DNA from: a bacterium
GTDB taxonomy: Bacteria > UBA8248
Assembly (NCBI GenBank): GCA_965207065.1
Contig: OZ242260.1
Span: forward strand, 3,424,001 to 3,488,000
DNA: 64,000 nt
Reading direction: 5' to 3'
The translations under genes were made by a program, and so were the position numbers. Each line of letters opens with the position of its first letter. Position 1 is the first letter of the stretch. Shown here one piece after another: positions 19,680 to 29,580 of the stretch. The notes beneath the pieces were generated by a model. That model did not search any database, was not told the origin of the DNA, and was given only the letters and a program-made list of their open reading frames with translations.

Positions 19680-20567
19680 TTGCTTGATGCCATTCATCCC
19701 AACATTTTAGCGCTCTGCTGCGCCGCGCTCATCGCCTTCGCCCGCGTATCGCAGCGCTATGCGATTCCGCGCATGAAAATGCACACGGCAAATCTGGTCA
19801 TGGCATGCGTGACGACCACTCTCGGGTGGTTTTTCTTCTGGGTGGAGGGCTCCCTCGACCAGATGCCTTATCAGGGCGTTTTCTGGTTCATGGCCATGGG
19901 GTTTTTCGGGAGTTTCCTGGGCAGGTACATCAATTTCGTCGCGATCCGCTTTACGGGGCTTGCCCGTGCGGCGGTGATGAGCCAGACAGTCCTGGTCTGG
20001 TCGTCTGTTCTTGCCGTTTTCATATTAGGCGAGAGTATGTCGCTCCAGAAAGCGGGTGGCATTCTGGGCGTCATGTGCGGGGCGAGCCTGCTTGTCTACA
20101 ACCCCAAAGGGGATAGCGGTCGCAGAATTCCGATTCATTACTATGCGATCCCCATTGCGTCCGCTCTAATGTACGCATTCGCGCATCTGGTGGGGAAATT
20201 CGCGTTCGAGTGGATTTCCTCATCCGCTTTCGGTATGGCGGTCGCCAACACGACCTCGCTCACGCTCCTTTTGGGATTGGCGCCCTTCGTACATAGCCAG
20301 AGCGACCCGCGCGAAAGTGGCGACAACAAAGGGTTGTTCGTCCTTCTCCTTGGGGCCGTACTGCAGGGATTCGGAATTTTCTTTTTCTGGTCCTCGGTGA
20401 AGCTCGGCGAGATTACCCGCGTCATCCCGTTAACCCGCCTGTCCGTCTTGTTGATCATCTTTCTGTCCTGGCTGTTGTTCCGGCAGCAGGAAAACGTGAC
20501 GTGGCGCGTCATCCTCGGCGCATTGATTGCCCTTGCGGGCGCTTTCTTTACCGTGACGGGAAGATAA
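19680..20567 (+). CDS. DMT/EamA-family transporter
   Basis: About 10 TM helices, LGE..S motif, two-repeat structure. Confidence 0.82.
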   Translation: MLDAIHPNILALCCAALIAFARVSQRYAIPRMKMHTANLVMACVTTTLGWFFFWVEGSLDQMPYQGVFWFMAMGFFGSFLGRYINFVAIRFTGLARAAVMSQTVLVWSSVLAVFILGESMSLQKAGGILGVMCGASLLVYNPKGDSGRRIPIHYYAIPIASALMYAFAHLVGKFAFEWISSSAFGMAVANTTSLTLLLGLAPFVHSQSDPRESGDNKGLFVLLLGAVLQGFGIFFFWSSVKLGEITRVIPLTRLSVLLIIFLSWLLFRQQENVTWRVILGALIALAGAFFTVTGR

Positions 20568-20570
20568 GCG

Positions 20571-21452
20571 TTGGTCGATTCCATACATCCCAATATTTTG
20601 GCGCTCATCGCCGCTTGTTTCATCGCCTCCGCGCGCACGCTGTATCGCGCCGGCGTGGCGCGCCTGAGCCCGATTGTGATGAACGTCTTCATGCTCGCCG
20701 TGCAGGTGTGCTTCGGAACGACGTTCTATTTTCTGGAAGGCGGCGTGGCGGATTGGCCGCTCGGGGGACTGCTGTGGTTCGCCGCCATGGGCATATCCGG
20801 CTCCTTCGTCGGACGTTACCTCAGCCTCGTCGGCATGAAATTGGTGGGTCTGGCACGTTCTTCCATTGTCACCCAGACCAGCCTCGTGTGGGCGTCTCTG
20901 TTTGCGGTGGTTTTTGCGGGCGAGCGGATGACGTGGCTCATTGCGCTCGGGACGCTGATCATCTTGGCGGGGTCGATTCTGCTGGTCTATGAAAAGGGCG
21001 AGGTTCAAAGGCGCATTCCCTTGTTTTATTACCTTATCCCTTTGGGAACGGCCGTTTTGTTCGCGATGACGCACGTCTTCGGCAAGTTCGGACTGCAAAT
21101 CATAAAGTCCGCTTCCCTGGGCATGACGGCCGGCAGTGTGACGGCGTTTTGCCTCGCGATGCTTGTCCTGCCATTATCCGTGGAGGGGAGGGCGCCCAGA
21201 TCCTGGGACAAAAAAGGGCTTTTGGCCGTTTTGGGCGGCGCATGTTTGAACGCCATGGCAGCCTTTTTCTTCTGGTCGTCCATAAAAACGGGGGAGATTG
21301 TTCAGATCATTCCCCTGAATCGCCTCTCGGTTCTGCTCATCATTTTTCTGTCATGGGTGTTTTTCAGAAAACAGGAGGCGGTGAACCTGCGCGTCGTCAT
21401 CGGTGGTCTCTTGTCCGTCATTGGCGCCGCCGGAGTCGTTTTGGGCAAATAG
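20571..21452 (+). CDS. DMT/EamA-family transporter (tandem paralogue)
   Basis: Same architecture; shares IHPNILAL and RLSVLLIIFLSW with the upstream gene. Confidence 0.82.
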   Translation: MVDSIHPNILALIAACFIASARTLYRAGVARLSPIVMNVFMLAVQVCFGTTFYFLEGGVADWPLGGLLWFAAMGISGSFVGRYLSLVGMKLVGLARSSIVTQTSLVWASLFAVVFAGERMTWLIALGTLIILAGSILLVYEKGEVQRRIPLFYYLIPLGTAVLFAMTHVFGKFGLQIIKSASLGMTAGSVTAFCLAMLVLPLSVEGRAPRSWDKKGLLAVLGGACLNAMAAFFFWSSIKTGEIVQIIPLNRLSVLLIIFLSWVFFRKQEAVNLRVVIGGLLSVIGAAGVVLGK

Positions 21453-21593
21453 ATTTTCTTAATGCGAAACGATGCGCGCAAGGGAGTACTCTCCCCCTCG
21501 TTTCTCGCTCTTAATGCTGATAAGGTATTTTTGATGTTGATAAGGTGAGGTTACGGAACGGTTTACTGTATTCGCGTGGGTAAGAGGAATACC

Positions 21594-22583
21594 ATGGTGG
21601 AAGTCGGCATCATCGTCGCGTTGACGCTCAAAGGCACGTACATCGGGGACTACGACAAGTTAAGGGAAATTGCCCAGGAGTCGGAAAAAATCGGCATCCA
21701 TTCTCTCTGGCATTGCGATCATTTCGTTACGCTAGATCCCGCTTCCTACGGGAGCCAGACGGGCTTCGGTTCGACGGAAGAGAAAGAACAATCAGCCGAT
21801 ACCGCGATTCTGGAGCCTTGGACAACCCTCGCCGCCCTTGCTCGCGACACCGAATCCCTGCGCCTGGGCACGCTGGTGACGTGTGTGGGATACCGCCCGC
21901 CGGCGATGCTGGCGAAGACGGCGGCCACGGTCGACGTCATCAGCAAGGGCCGGGTGGATTTCGGCATTGGCGCAGGCTGGATTGAAAACGAATATCATTC
22001 TTTCGGGTATCCCTATCCGAATGCCGCCGTGCGAATCGAGCAACTGGAAGAAGCCATTCAGCTGATACGCACGATGTGGACGGAGCCCGCCCCCTATTTC
22101 GAAGGCGGGTATTTTCAGATGCAAAACGGGGTTTGCGACCCGCCTCCGGTGCAAAAGCCGCATCCGCCGATCTGGACTGGAGGCGAGGGCCCAAAACTAC
22201 TAGGTGTTTCGGCCCGTCAGGCGGATGGCTACAACTGCCGGTGGTGGACGCCAGAGCAGTTTCTGGAGAAAAGACCAGAGATCGAGGCTGATTGCAAGAA
22301 GGCGGGAAGAGACCCCGACGCGATAAGGGCATCTCTCATGGTGATGGTGATTCCCGAAAAAGACCGGGCGGTGGCCAGGGCGGCCCGTGAGAGGCTGAGC
22401 GTGATCCCGGAATCGGGGTGCGTCTATGGAACGCCGGATGATTGCGTGGCGCGCCTCAAGGAATATCTGAAAGCGGGCGTGGATCACATCCTGGTCACTA
22501 TCCCGGATTTGGATTTGAACCCTCACAGATTGACCCTTTTGGGCCAAGAAATAATACCCGCACTTCAAGCGGGTGGAGGATAA
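21594..22583 (+). CDS. LLM-class oxidoreductase, possibly F420-dependent
   Basis: WHCDHF, LEPWTTLAALAR, GRVDFGIGAGW, PHPPIWTGG. Confidence 0.85.
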   Translation: MVEVGIIVALTLKGTYIGDYDKLREIAQESEKIGIHSLWHCDHFVTLDPASYGSQTGFGSTEEKEQSADTAILEPWTTLAALARDTESLRLGTLVTCVGYRPPAMLAKTAATVDVISKGRVDFGIGAGWIENEYHSFGYPYPNAAVRIEQLEEAIQLIRTMWTEPAPYFEGGYFQMQNGVCDPPPVQKPHPPIWTGGEGPKLLGVSARQADGYNCRWWTPEQFLEKRPEIEADCKKAGRDPDAIRASLMVMVIPEKDRAVARAARERLSVIPESGCVYGTPDDCVARLKEYLKAGVDHILVTIPDLDLNPHRLTLLGQEIIPALQAGGG

Positions 22584-22588
22584 CGGCG

Positions 22589-23734
22589 TTGCCTTTGATG
22601 ACGCACACGGAATTAACGCAAGAAGAATCGGCCCTCCAGGCAGAGGCCCGGGAATTCGCCCAAAAGCGACTTGCACACGGCGCGTTGGATCGTGACCTGG
22701 CGGGTACTTTCTCCTGCGAGTTATACGAAGAGGCGGCCATGGCGGGATTCATCGGCGTCAAGATACCTGAAAGCCTGGGTGGACGCGGCCTCGGATTATT
22801 TGACGAATGCCTCGTCATGGAGGAACTGGCGGGTGGCGACCCGAGTTTCGCGCTGACTATCAGCATCTCGGCTGGCTTGTGCGGCGGCCATTTACTGCAT
22901 CATGGGTCGGTTGCGCAGAAAAATAGCCATATTCCTCACCTCACAAAAGGGAAGATCGGCGCATGGGCGATTACCGAGCGGATCGCGGGCAGTCATGCGG
23001 CGGCTCTCGAGTGCGAGGCAAAGCAGCATGGGGATGCGTATATCATCAACGGCGCGAAAATGTTCGTCACGCAGGGTATGGGTTTTGACAGCCTGGTCAT
23101 CTTTGCGCGCACTTTGGCGGGAAAAGACGGAATCAGCGCGTTTTTAATTGAAAAGGGCGATAGGGGGTGCAGAAGCGTCCCACTTGCACAGACTCTCGGG
23201 ATGCGCTCGGCAGGCACGGCGGAAATATTTTTTCAAAACTGCGAAATTCCGGTGGAGCGTCTCATCGGAGAAGAAGGGGATGGGCTGAGGCAGGCGATGC
23301 AGGTCCTGAACGATGGAAGGGTCGTGCTGAGTGCGATGTGCGTCGGCATAGCGCAGGCGTCACTAGAAGCCGCGGCATCTCATGCCAAGAAGCGCGAAGC
23401 ATTCGGCAAGCCGGTCTCTGATTTCGGCGGTCTGCGGGGCATGATGGCCGATAGCGCCATAGATATCGCTACTTCTCGCGAGATGGTAGTCGCTGCAGCA
23501 AGAATCCGCGACGCGGGAGGTGACAACAGGGAAGAAGTGGCCTTGGCGAAACTTTTCGCGTCAGAAGCCTGTCTTCGCGTATGCGACAGAGGAATACAGA
23601 TTCACGGCGGGTATGGCTACATCGCAGAAACGCCTGCGGGGATGTTCTGGCGCGACGCCCGGGTGTTCACCCTCGGAGAAGGCACGAGCGAGGTGCATCG
23701 CAATCTCGTTTGCCGGCATCTGTTCGATTCCTGA
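22589..23734 (+). CDS. Acyl-CoA dehydrogenase
   Basis: AITE..AGS, NGAKMFVT, R.AFGKP, QIHGGYGY, GEGTSEV; start TTG 22589 or ATG 22598. Confidence 0.92.
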   Translation: MPLMTHTELTQEESALQAEAREFAQKRLAHGALDRDLAGTFSCELYEEAAMAGFIGVKIPESLGGRGLGLFDECLVMEELAGGDPSFALTISISAGLCGGHLLHHGSVAQKNSHIPHLTKGKIGAWAITERIAGSHAAALECEAKQHGDAYIINGAKMFVTQGMGFDSLVIFARTLAGKDGISAFLIEKGDRGCRSVPLAQTLGMRSAGTAEIFFQNCEIPVERLIGEEGDGLRQAMQVLNDGRVVLSAMCVGIAQASLEAAASHAKKREAFGKPVSDFGGLRGMMADSAIDIATSREMVVAAARIRDAGGDNREEVALAKLFASEACLRVCDRGIQIHGGYGYIAETPAGMFWRDARVFTLGEGTSEVHRNLVCRHLFDS

Positions 23735-23799
23735 AAGCCGAATCCTTGCTTAGATTCTACTTGATAATGCTCCCACAACCTATTGATAAATAAAACAAT

Positions 23800-24756
23800 A
23801 TGAATGAAAGAAATAAAATACAAATCCCCCAGATTCTGGACGGCATGGTTCGTCCCGCCGCCAGGCTCATCACGCTGGTGGAAGACAACGACCCGCGTGC
23901 GAAGCCCATTTTGCAGGAGCTGTATTTGAAAGGCGGGAAAAGCCTGGTCATCGGCATCACCGGCCCCCCCGGAGCGGGCAAGAGCACGCTTTCCGATCAG
24001 CTGATCGCCCATTATCGCGATCAGGAGAAAAGGGTGTGCGTCATCGCCGTGGACCCGACGAGTCCGTTCACGGGCGGCGCCATTCTGGGCGATCGCATCC
24101 GGATGGGCAGGCACAACACGGACCCGAAAGTCTTTATCCGCAGCATGGCGACACGCGGCCATCTGGGCGGACTTGCCCGCGCGACGGGAGACGCGCTCTG
24201 CGTCATGGACGCCATGGGCTGGGATGTGGTGATCGTCGAGACCGTAGGCGTTGGACAGGGTGAGGTGAACATCATGCAGTGCGCGGACGTGGTCGTTTTG
24301 CTCCAGACGCCCGGCGGCGGGGATCATATTCAGGCGGCGAAGGCGGGAATACTGGAAATCGGCGATATTTTCGTGGTGAACAAGGCGAAGCGAGACGGCG
24401 CGGACCGCACGGTGAAGGAAATCGAGGAGATGCTGGACTTCAAGTTTCATCCCGGCGAGGCGAGTTCCTGGAGGCCCCCCGTTCTGAAGACAGAAGCGCT
24501 CACGGGCGAGGGAACGGAGGAGTTGGTCGCTCAAGTCGAGGCGCGCATGGCCTTTTTGCAAGAACATCCAGATGAGGCCGGGCGTCTGGGACGAGAGCGC
24601 GCCCGCATCACACTCGCGGAAGTGATGAAAGAACTCGCTGTGGAGCGCATGGGAGACGGCGTGCAAGGCGGGCGGGAACTGGATGAACTTCTGGACGCCA
24701 TCGCCGCGCGAAGAGTGGACCCCTACAGCGCAGCCGAGAAGATTCTGGGCGCATGA
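23800..24756 (+). CDS. meaB: Methylmalonyl-CoA mutase-associated GTPase
   Basis: GITGPPGAGKST, VDPTSPFTGGAILGDRIRM, ETVGVGQ. Confidence 0.93.
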   Translation: MNERNKIQIPQILDGMVRPAARLITLVEDNDPRAKPILQELYLKGGKSLVIGITGPPGAGKSTLSDQLIAHYRDQEKRVCVIAVDPTSPFTGGAILGDRIRMGRHNTDPKVFIRSMATRGHLGGLARATGDALCVMDAMGWDVVIVETVGVGQGEVNIMQCADVVVLLQTPGGGDHIQAAKAGILEIGDIFVVNKAKRDGADRTVKEIEEMLDFKFHPGEASSWRPPVLKTEALTGEGTEELVAQVEARMAFLQEHPDEAGRLGRERARITLAEVMKELAVERMGDGVQGGRELDELLDAIAARRVDPYSAAEKILGA

Positions 24757-24766
24757 GGAGAATGCC

Positions 24767-25096
24767 ATGAAAGATGGGCGGGCGTTCCGGATCGTGTTGA
24801 GCACGGCGGGTTCCGAGGAAGAGGGCGCGTTGCTTGCGAAATCATTGGTCGAGCGTAAGCTGTGCGCCTGCGTCAATCTTGTGAGGGGAGTTCGGAGCTT
24901 TTATCGGTGGGAAGGGGCGGTTCAGGATGATGCGGAAGTCCTGCTCATCATAAAGACCACACAGGAAAAATTGCAGTCTCTCTCCGATCTTCTGGCGGAA
25001 ATCCACAGCTACGACGTGCCGGAGGTGCTGGCCATTGAGGTTGATCAGGGGAGTGCGTCCTACCTCGAATGGCTGGCGGAGAGTTGCGCCGATTAG
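24767..25096 (+). CDS. cutA: Divalent-cation tolerance protein CutA
   Basis: LCACVN, SFYRWEG, HSYDVPE. Confidence 0.92.
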   Translation: MKDGRAFRIVLSTAGSEEEGALLAKSLVERKLCACVNLVRGVRSFYRWEGAVQDDAEVLLIIKTTQEKLQSLSDLLAEIHSYDVPEVLAIEVDQGSASYLEWLAESCAD

Positions 25097-25141
25097 AAGG
25101 CTTCATTCCCTCTCACATTTTCCTGAGCGGGAAAGCTGTAT

Positions 25142-26488
25142 TCAAAGAATCGAGAGATATTTGTTGAGTTCGAAATCCGAGACGTGGGCGCGGTAGGGCG
25201 CCCATTCGAGTTTTTTGTTCTCGATGAATTTCTCGAATAACTGGTTTCCGAATACGCTTCTCAGGAAATCGCTCTGCTCGGCCAGCACCGTGGCCTCCCG
25301 AAGGTTTCCGGGCAGGCTTTTGATGCCTTGCTCCCGACGTTTTTTCTCACTCATTTCAAATACGTTTTCTTCCACGGCCGGCACGGGCGGCAGACCCTCT
25401 TCGATTCCCGCCATTCCGGCCGCCAGCATGCAGGCGAACGCCAGATAGGGATTGCACGCCGAGTCCGGCGAGCGCAACTCGATTCGCGTATCGGATTCCA
25501 TGCCCTTGCGCGTACTGGGGATGCGGATCAGATCGCTGCGGCTCTTGTGCGCCCAAGAGACGTAGGCGGGCGCCTCGAAACCGGGGACGAGGCGCTTGTA
25601 GCTGTTCACCCACTGGTTGAGAACGAGCGTCATCTCGGGGACGTATTTCAGGAGCCCGGAGATGAACGCCTGGCAAGTGTCCGAGAGGCCGCCGGGCTTA
25701 TCCGGGTCGTGGAACGCGTTCTCCGAACCCTGGAACAGGGAGAGATGGGTGTGCATTCCGTTTCCGTTTTCCTCGGATAAAGGTTTGGGCATGAAAGTAG
25801 CGTAGACGCCGTGCCGCATGGCGACTTCCTTGACGACGAGCCGGTAGGTCATCGCGTTGTCCGCCATGGTGAGCGCATCACCGTAGCGCAAATCGATTTC
25901 GTGCTGGCTGGGCCCGACCTCATGGTGGCTGTATTCGACGCCGATTCCCATTTTTTCGAGATTGAGTACCGTCTCGCGTCTTAGATCACTTGCGATATCC
26001 AGGGGAGTGAGATCGAAATATCCGCCCCGGTCGAGCGTTTCAATCGGCTGTTCATGAGATTTGAAGTAGTAGTGCTCATACTCCACGCCCGCGTAAAACG
26101 TGAATCCCTTTTGCGCCGCACTCTGGAGGGTACGCCTGAGCACGAAACGCGGGTCGCTCTCATAGGGGTTGCCGTCCGGGTCCTTGATGTCGCAGAACAT
26201 TCTCGCGACGGCGCCGCCATCCTGTGGACGCCAGGGCAGCACGCAGAACGTCGTGGGGTCGGGGTGGGCGAACATGTCGCTCTCTTCGATGCGCGCGAAG
26301 CCCTCAATGGCGGCTCCATCGAAAAGATGGCCCTCGTAGAGCGCGTTTTCCAGTTCTTCGATGGTGATGGCGAAACTCTTCAGGAAGCCCAGGATGTCGG
26401 TGAACCACATGCGGATGAAGCGCACGCCGAGTTCGCGGGCTTGGTTGATTACGAATTCGCGATCTTTATCATCGAATGCGTCAGACAT
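25142..26488 (-). CDS. glnA: Glutamine synthetase type I-alpha / GlnA2-like
   Basis: WFTDILG, HHEVGPSQHE, FMPKP, NGMHTHLS, GFEAP, RIELRSPD. Confidence 0.88.
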   Translation of the reverse strand: MSDAFDDKDREFVINQARELGVRFIRMWFTDILGFLKSFAITIEELENALYEGHLFDGAAIEGFARIEESDMFAHPDPTTFCVLPWRPQDGGAVARMFCDIKDPDGNPYESDPRFVLRRTLQSAAQKGFTFYAGVEYEHYYFKSHEQPIETLDRGGYFDLTPLDIASDLRRETVLNLEKMGIGVEYSHHEVGPSQHEIDLRYGDALTMADNAMTYRLVVKEVAMRHGVYATFMPKPLSEENGNGMHTHLSLFQGSENAFHDPDKPGGLSDTCQAFISGLLKYVPEMTLVLNQWVNSYKRLVPGFEAPAYVSWAHKSRSDLIRIPSTRKGMESDTRIELRSPDSACNPYLAFACMLAAGMAGIEEGLPPVPAVEENVFEMSEKKRREQGIKSLPGNLREATVLAEQSDFLRSVFGNQLFEKFIENKKLEWAPYRAHVSDFELNKYLSIL

Positions 26489-26546
26489 TATGAACTCCAG
26501 ATGAGCCGGTATTTCCCGGCAAAGCAATTCAGCCTATATCCAGTAT

Positions 26547-26562
26547 GTTTCGTGCCGGTTTC
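26547..26562 (-). promoter_or_regulatory. GlnR-box-like tandem site GAAAC-N6-GAAAC upstream of glnA
   Basis: Plus strand GTTTC gtgccg GTTTC; 11-bp period; -10-like TAGGCT at 26536-26531. Confidence 0.45.
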
Positions 26563-26608
26563 GAATCGCCGGTTATTATCGAAACGACAATGCGAAAAAA
26601 AACAGGCG

Positions 26609-27283
26609 TCACGACGATTCTCCAATAAACTTGTATCCGACCCCTCGCACCGTGGAAATAAACGAATATCCCCTGACCTCGATTTTCGCGCGGATACGGC
26701 GAATGTGAACGTCGACCGTCCGCGGGCCTCCGAGGTAGTCGATCCCCCAGACGAGGTTCAGAAGCTGCTCTCTGTCGAAGACGCGCTCGGGATTGTTGAT
26801 CAAGTGCTTTAATAGCTCGAATTCACGGTAGGTCAGGTCAATCAACTCGCCATCGAGCCTGATCTCGTAGCGGCTCTCATCCAGCGTCAAACCCTTGCTC
26901 TTGAGCGTGCGTGCACCTTCGGATTTTTGCCCCGAGCGATGGCACAGATTGCGGACGCGATACAGAAGCTCCTCTTCCCGGACGGGTTTCACAAGAATGT
27001 CGTCGGCCTCGGTGGGCGTGCGAATCACGGTGAGGCGGTCCGGTTCGAGTAGCAGGAGGATCGGCAGCGTGGTCCAGTTCCGCATTTCCTCGACTTTAGG
27101 CAGCGCAGGTGCGTCATCGAGCAAGATGAGGGCCAGGCCCCGGGCGCGCACTTCCTGTAAAGCCGTGGTTTCATCCTGCACCATTTTGCAGAAATGGCCC
27201 TCACGCCTCAGGGCGCGCCCGAGTGCGTCCGCGAATCCGTTGTCTGCCGTATAAATCAGTAGGTTAGCCAATTCCGATCTCAA
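26609..27283 (-). CDS. Orphan OmpR-family response regulator, GlnR-like
   Basis: Winged helix DLTYREFELL...VWGIDYLGGPRTVDVHIRRIRAKI; degenerate receiver domain; directly upstream of glnA. Confidence 0.75.
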   Translation of the reverse strand: MRSELANLLIYTADNGFADALGRALRREGHFCKMVQDETTALQEVRARGLALILLDDAPALPKVEEMRNWTTLPILLLLEPDRLTVIRTPTEADDILVKPVREEELLYRVRNLCHRSGQKSEGARTLKSKGLTLDESRYEIRLDGELIDLTYREFELLKHLINNPERVFDREQLLNLVWGIDYLGGPRTVDVHIRRIRAKIEVRGYSFISTVRGVGYKFIGESS

Positions 27284-27350
27284 TTCCCGGGTGATGAATC
27301 GATAAAAGCGTATTCATACCAACAGAAATGCGTAAAGAAAAGAAGTGGTT

Positions 27351-28616
27351 TTATATGCGCGTGATCTTGTTCGTCATGTCGATCAGGCTGTCAAGGTTGT
27401 GGGCCGCCAGAAATTCATCGCAATAGGGGAGGGCCGTTCTCATTCCCCTGTCGATCGGACGGTAGCCCGGGCTGCCCAGCAAGGGATTGAGCCAGAAGAG
27501 CTTATAGCAGATTTTCTTGAGGCGGTTCATTTCCTCCGCCAGCGTATCCGTATCGCCCCGGTCCCAGCCGTCCGATATGATGATGACGATGGTGCGGCTG
27601 TTCAGGATGGTTCTTCCGAATTCATAGTTGAAAGTCTTGAGACAGTTGCCAATCTGCGTGCCGCCGCTCCAGTCGTGCACCTCCATGGAGAGTCGTTTGA
27701 GAGCGGTGTTCACGTCCTTGTGGCGCAGATACGGCGTAGCGTCAGAAAGGCGCGTGCTGAAGACGAACGTGCGCAGCGACTTGATCTCGTTCTGCAAACT
27801 GTAGAGAAACTGAATCAGAAACTGGCTGTAGCTGTCCATCGACCCCGATACGTCGCAAATGAGTACGATCTGGGTTTTTTGTATCTTTCGTCTGCGTCGG
27901 AAAAGTTTCAGCACCTCGCCGCCCGAGCGGACGCTTCTCTTCACGCTTCGCCTCATGTCGATTTCGGGAGAGCGCATGTCTGGGCGCTTGCGGCGGCTGA
28001 TTTTAGTGGCGAGCTTGGGAACGAGTTTCGCAATGAGGCGCCTGAGTTCGGCTACCTGGTCCATGTTCAGCGCGGAGAAATCCTTGTCAGAAATGACTTC
28101 GGCGGGGCTGTATGAGGGTATGCCCTCGTCGTCATCTCCCTGCTCGCCGGGTTCGGCGGCGCTTTCCACGTCGTCTTCCGACGGGAGGCCCGGGTTTTCC
28201 TGCCCTTCGCCCTCGGCGTCCGATTCACCTTCTTCCGAAGAACCGCCCCCTTCGCTGGCCTGTCCTTCGCCTTCTTCTTCGAATTGCGTGTCGACCTGCA
28301 CCGATTCGTCGCCCGAGTAGGGATTTCCTTCCTCATCGAACCAGTATTGCCGGAATACGGCGTCGAATATCATACTCTCATCCTGACTGGAGATGAGATT
28401 CGACTTGCTGGCGACGTAGATGTTGTCGAGATTCGTGGCTTCGAGCGAATCGAAGCAGCGGAACACGTCGATGATGCGGCCGGAGGTTATCTTGAGACCC
28501 GCACGCCTGAGGATTCGGCAAAAGCCGATCATCTCGCCTTTGAGACCCCGGCCCTTTACGCGAATTTTGCGCTTGGGCAGAGTGCCTTGCACGATTGGAC
28601 GAATAGAGGTTGCCAT
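27351..28616 (-). CDS. CoxE-like VWA-domain protein
   Basis: DVSGSM MIDAS, FVFSTRL, WSGGTQIG, ISDGWDRG, WLNPLL. Confidence 0.9.
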   Translation of the reverse strand: MATSIRPIVQGTLPKRKIRVKGRGLKGEMIGFCRILRRAGLKITSGRIIDVFRCFDSLEATNLDNIYVASKSNLISSQDESMIFDAVFRQYWFDEEGNPYSGDESVQVDTQFEEEGEGQASEGGGSSEEGESDAEGEGQENPGLPSEDDVESAAEPGEQGDDDEGIPSYSPAEVISDKDFSALNMDQVAELRRLIAKLVPKLATKISRRKRPDMRSPEIDMRRSVKRSVRSGGEVLKLFRRRRKIQKTQIVLICDVSGSMDSYSQFLIQFLYSLQNEIKSLRTFVFSTRLSDATPYLRHKDVNTALKRLSMEVHDWSGGTQIGNCLKTFNYEFGRTILNSRTIVIIISDGWDRGDTDTLAEEMNRLKKICYKLFWLNPLLGSPGYRPIDRGMRTALPYCDEFLAAHNLDSLIDMTNKITRI

Positions 28617-28629
28617 GAAGTTGTCCGGA

Positions 28630-29580
28630 TCAGGCGTCGGGCGCGAGTTGCGCAGTCGCTACCATGCTGTCGAGACCATCGCTCTCCACCCGCTTGATGT
28701 CATCCTGATATTTCAGTATGCAGCCGATGGTCTCCCGCACGGCGTCGGCGTCTAACTCATTGCGGTGCAGTGCGAGTAGCGCCTGCGCCCAGTCGAGGGA
28801 TTCGGCCACGCCGGGGCGTTTGTAGAAATCCATCTGCCTCGCCTGAGTCATGAAGCGCGAGATTTGCTCCGCCAGCCGATCGCTGATTCCGGGCACCTTC
28901 GTCGTGATGATCTCCACTTCTTTCTCGAAGGAGGGGTAGTCGACCCACAGGTACAGGCAACGGCGTTTGAGGGCATCGTGAATTTCGCGCGTCCGGTTGC
29001 TGGTGAGCACCACCAGTGGCTTGCTGGCCGCCTTTACGGTCCCCATTTCGGGAATCGTGATCTGGTAGTCTGAGAGGATTTCCAGCAGAAATGCTTCGAA
29101 CTCTTCGTCCGAGCGATCGATTTCGTCGATGAGGAGGACCACCGGCTTCTCTTTCGAGTGCAAAAGCGCGCGAAGAAGGGGCCGTTCTATCAGGTACTGC
29201 TCGCTGAAGATGTCTTTTTCAATCGACTTCGCGTCCGAATCCCTGCCTTCCTCCATCTTGATGTGGAGGAGTTGTTTCGCATAGTTCCACTCATAAAGAG
29301 CCGAGTTCGCGTCGAGACCCTCGTAGCATTGCAGGCGGATGAGTTCGGTATCCATCGCGCTGGCGAGCACCTTGGCGAGTTCTGTTTTGCCTACGCCTGC
29401 TTCTCCTTCGAGGAAGAGGGGCTTTTCGAGCTTCGTTGCCAGGAAGAGGGTGGTCGCCAGGGTACGGTCGGAGATATAGTCGAGTTTTCTGAACGACTCC
29501 TGAACGTCATCGACGTTCGCGAATCCCTCTTCAGAACCCTTTTTCTTTTTGGTCGAGTTTGATGAGGCAGTCACGCTCAT
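28630..29580 (-). CDS. CoxD-like MoxR AAA+ ATPase
   Basis: LEGEAGVGKT, RLQCYEG, IDEIDR, TSNRTRE.HDALKRRC. Confidence 0.92.
   Translation of the reverse strand: MSVTASSNSTKKKKGSEEGFANVDDVQESFRKLDYISDRTLATTLFLATKLEKPLFLEGEAGVGKTELAKVLASAMDTELIRLQCYEGLDANSALYEWNYAKQLLHIKMEEGRDSDAKSIEKDIFSEQYLIERPLLRALLHSKEKPVVLLIDEIDRSDEEFEAFLLEILSDYQITIPEMGTVKAASKPLVVLTSNRTREIHDALKRRCLYLWVDYPSFEKEVEIITTKVPGISDRLAEQISRFMTQARQMDFYKRPGVAESLDWAQALLALHRNELDADAVRETIGCILKYQDDIKRVESDGLDSMVATAQLAPDA

Noticed and set aside
21550-21566. Third GlnR box upstream of the LLM gene
   Set aside because: GTTAC-N6-GTTTA only partly fits the consensus in either orientation.
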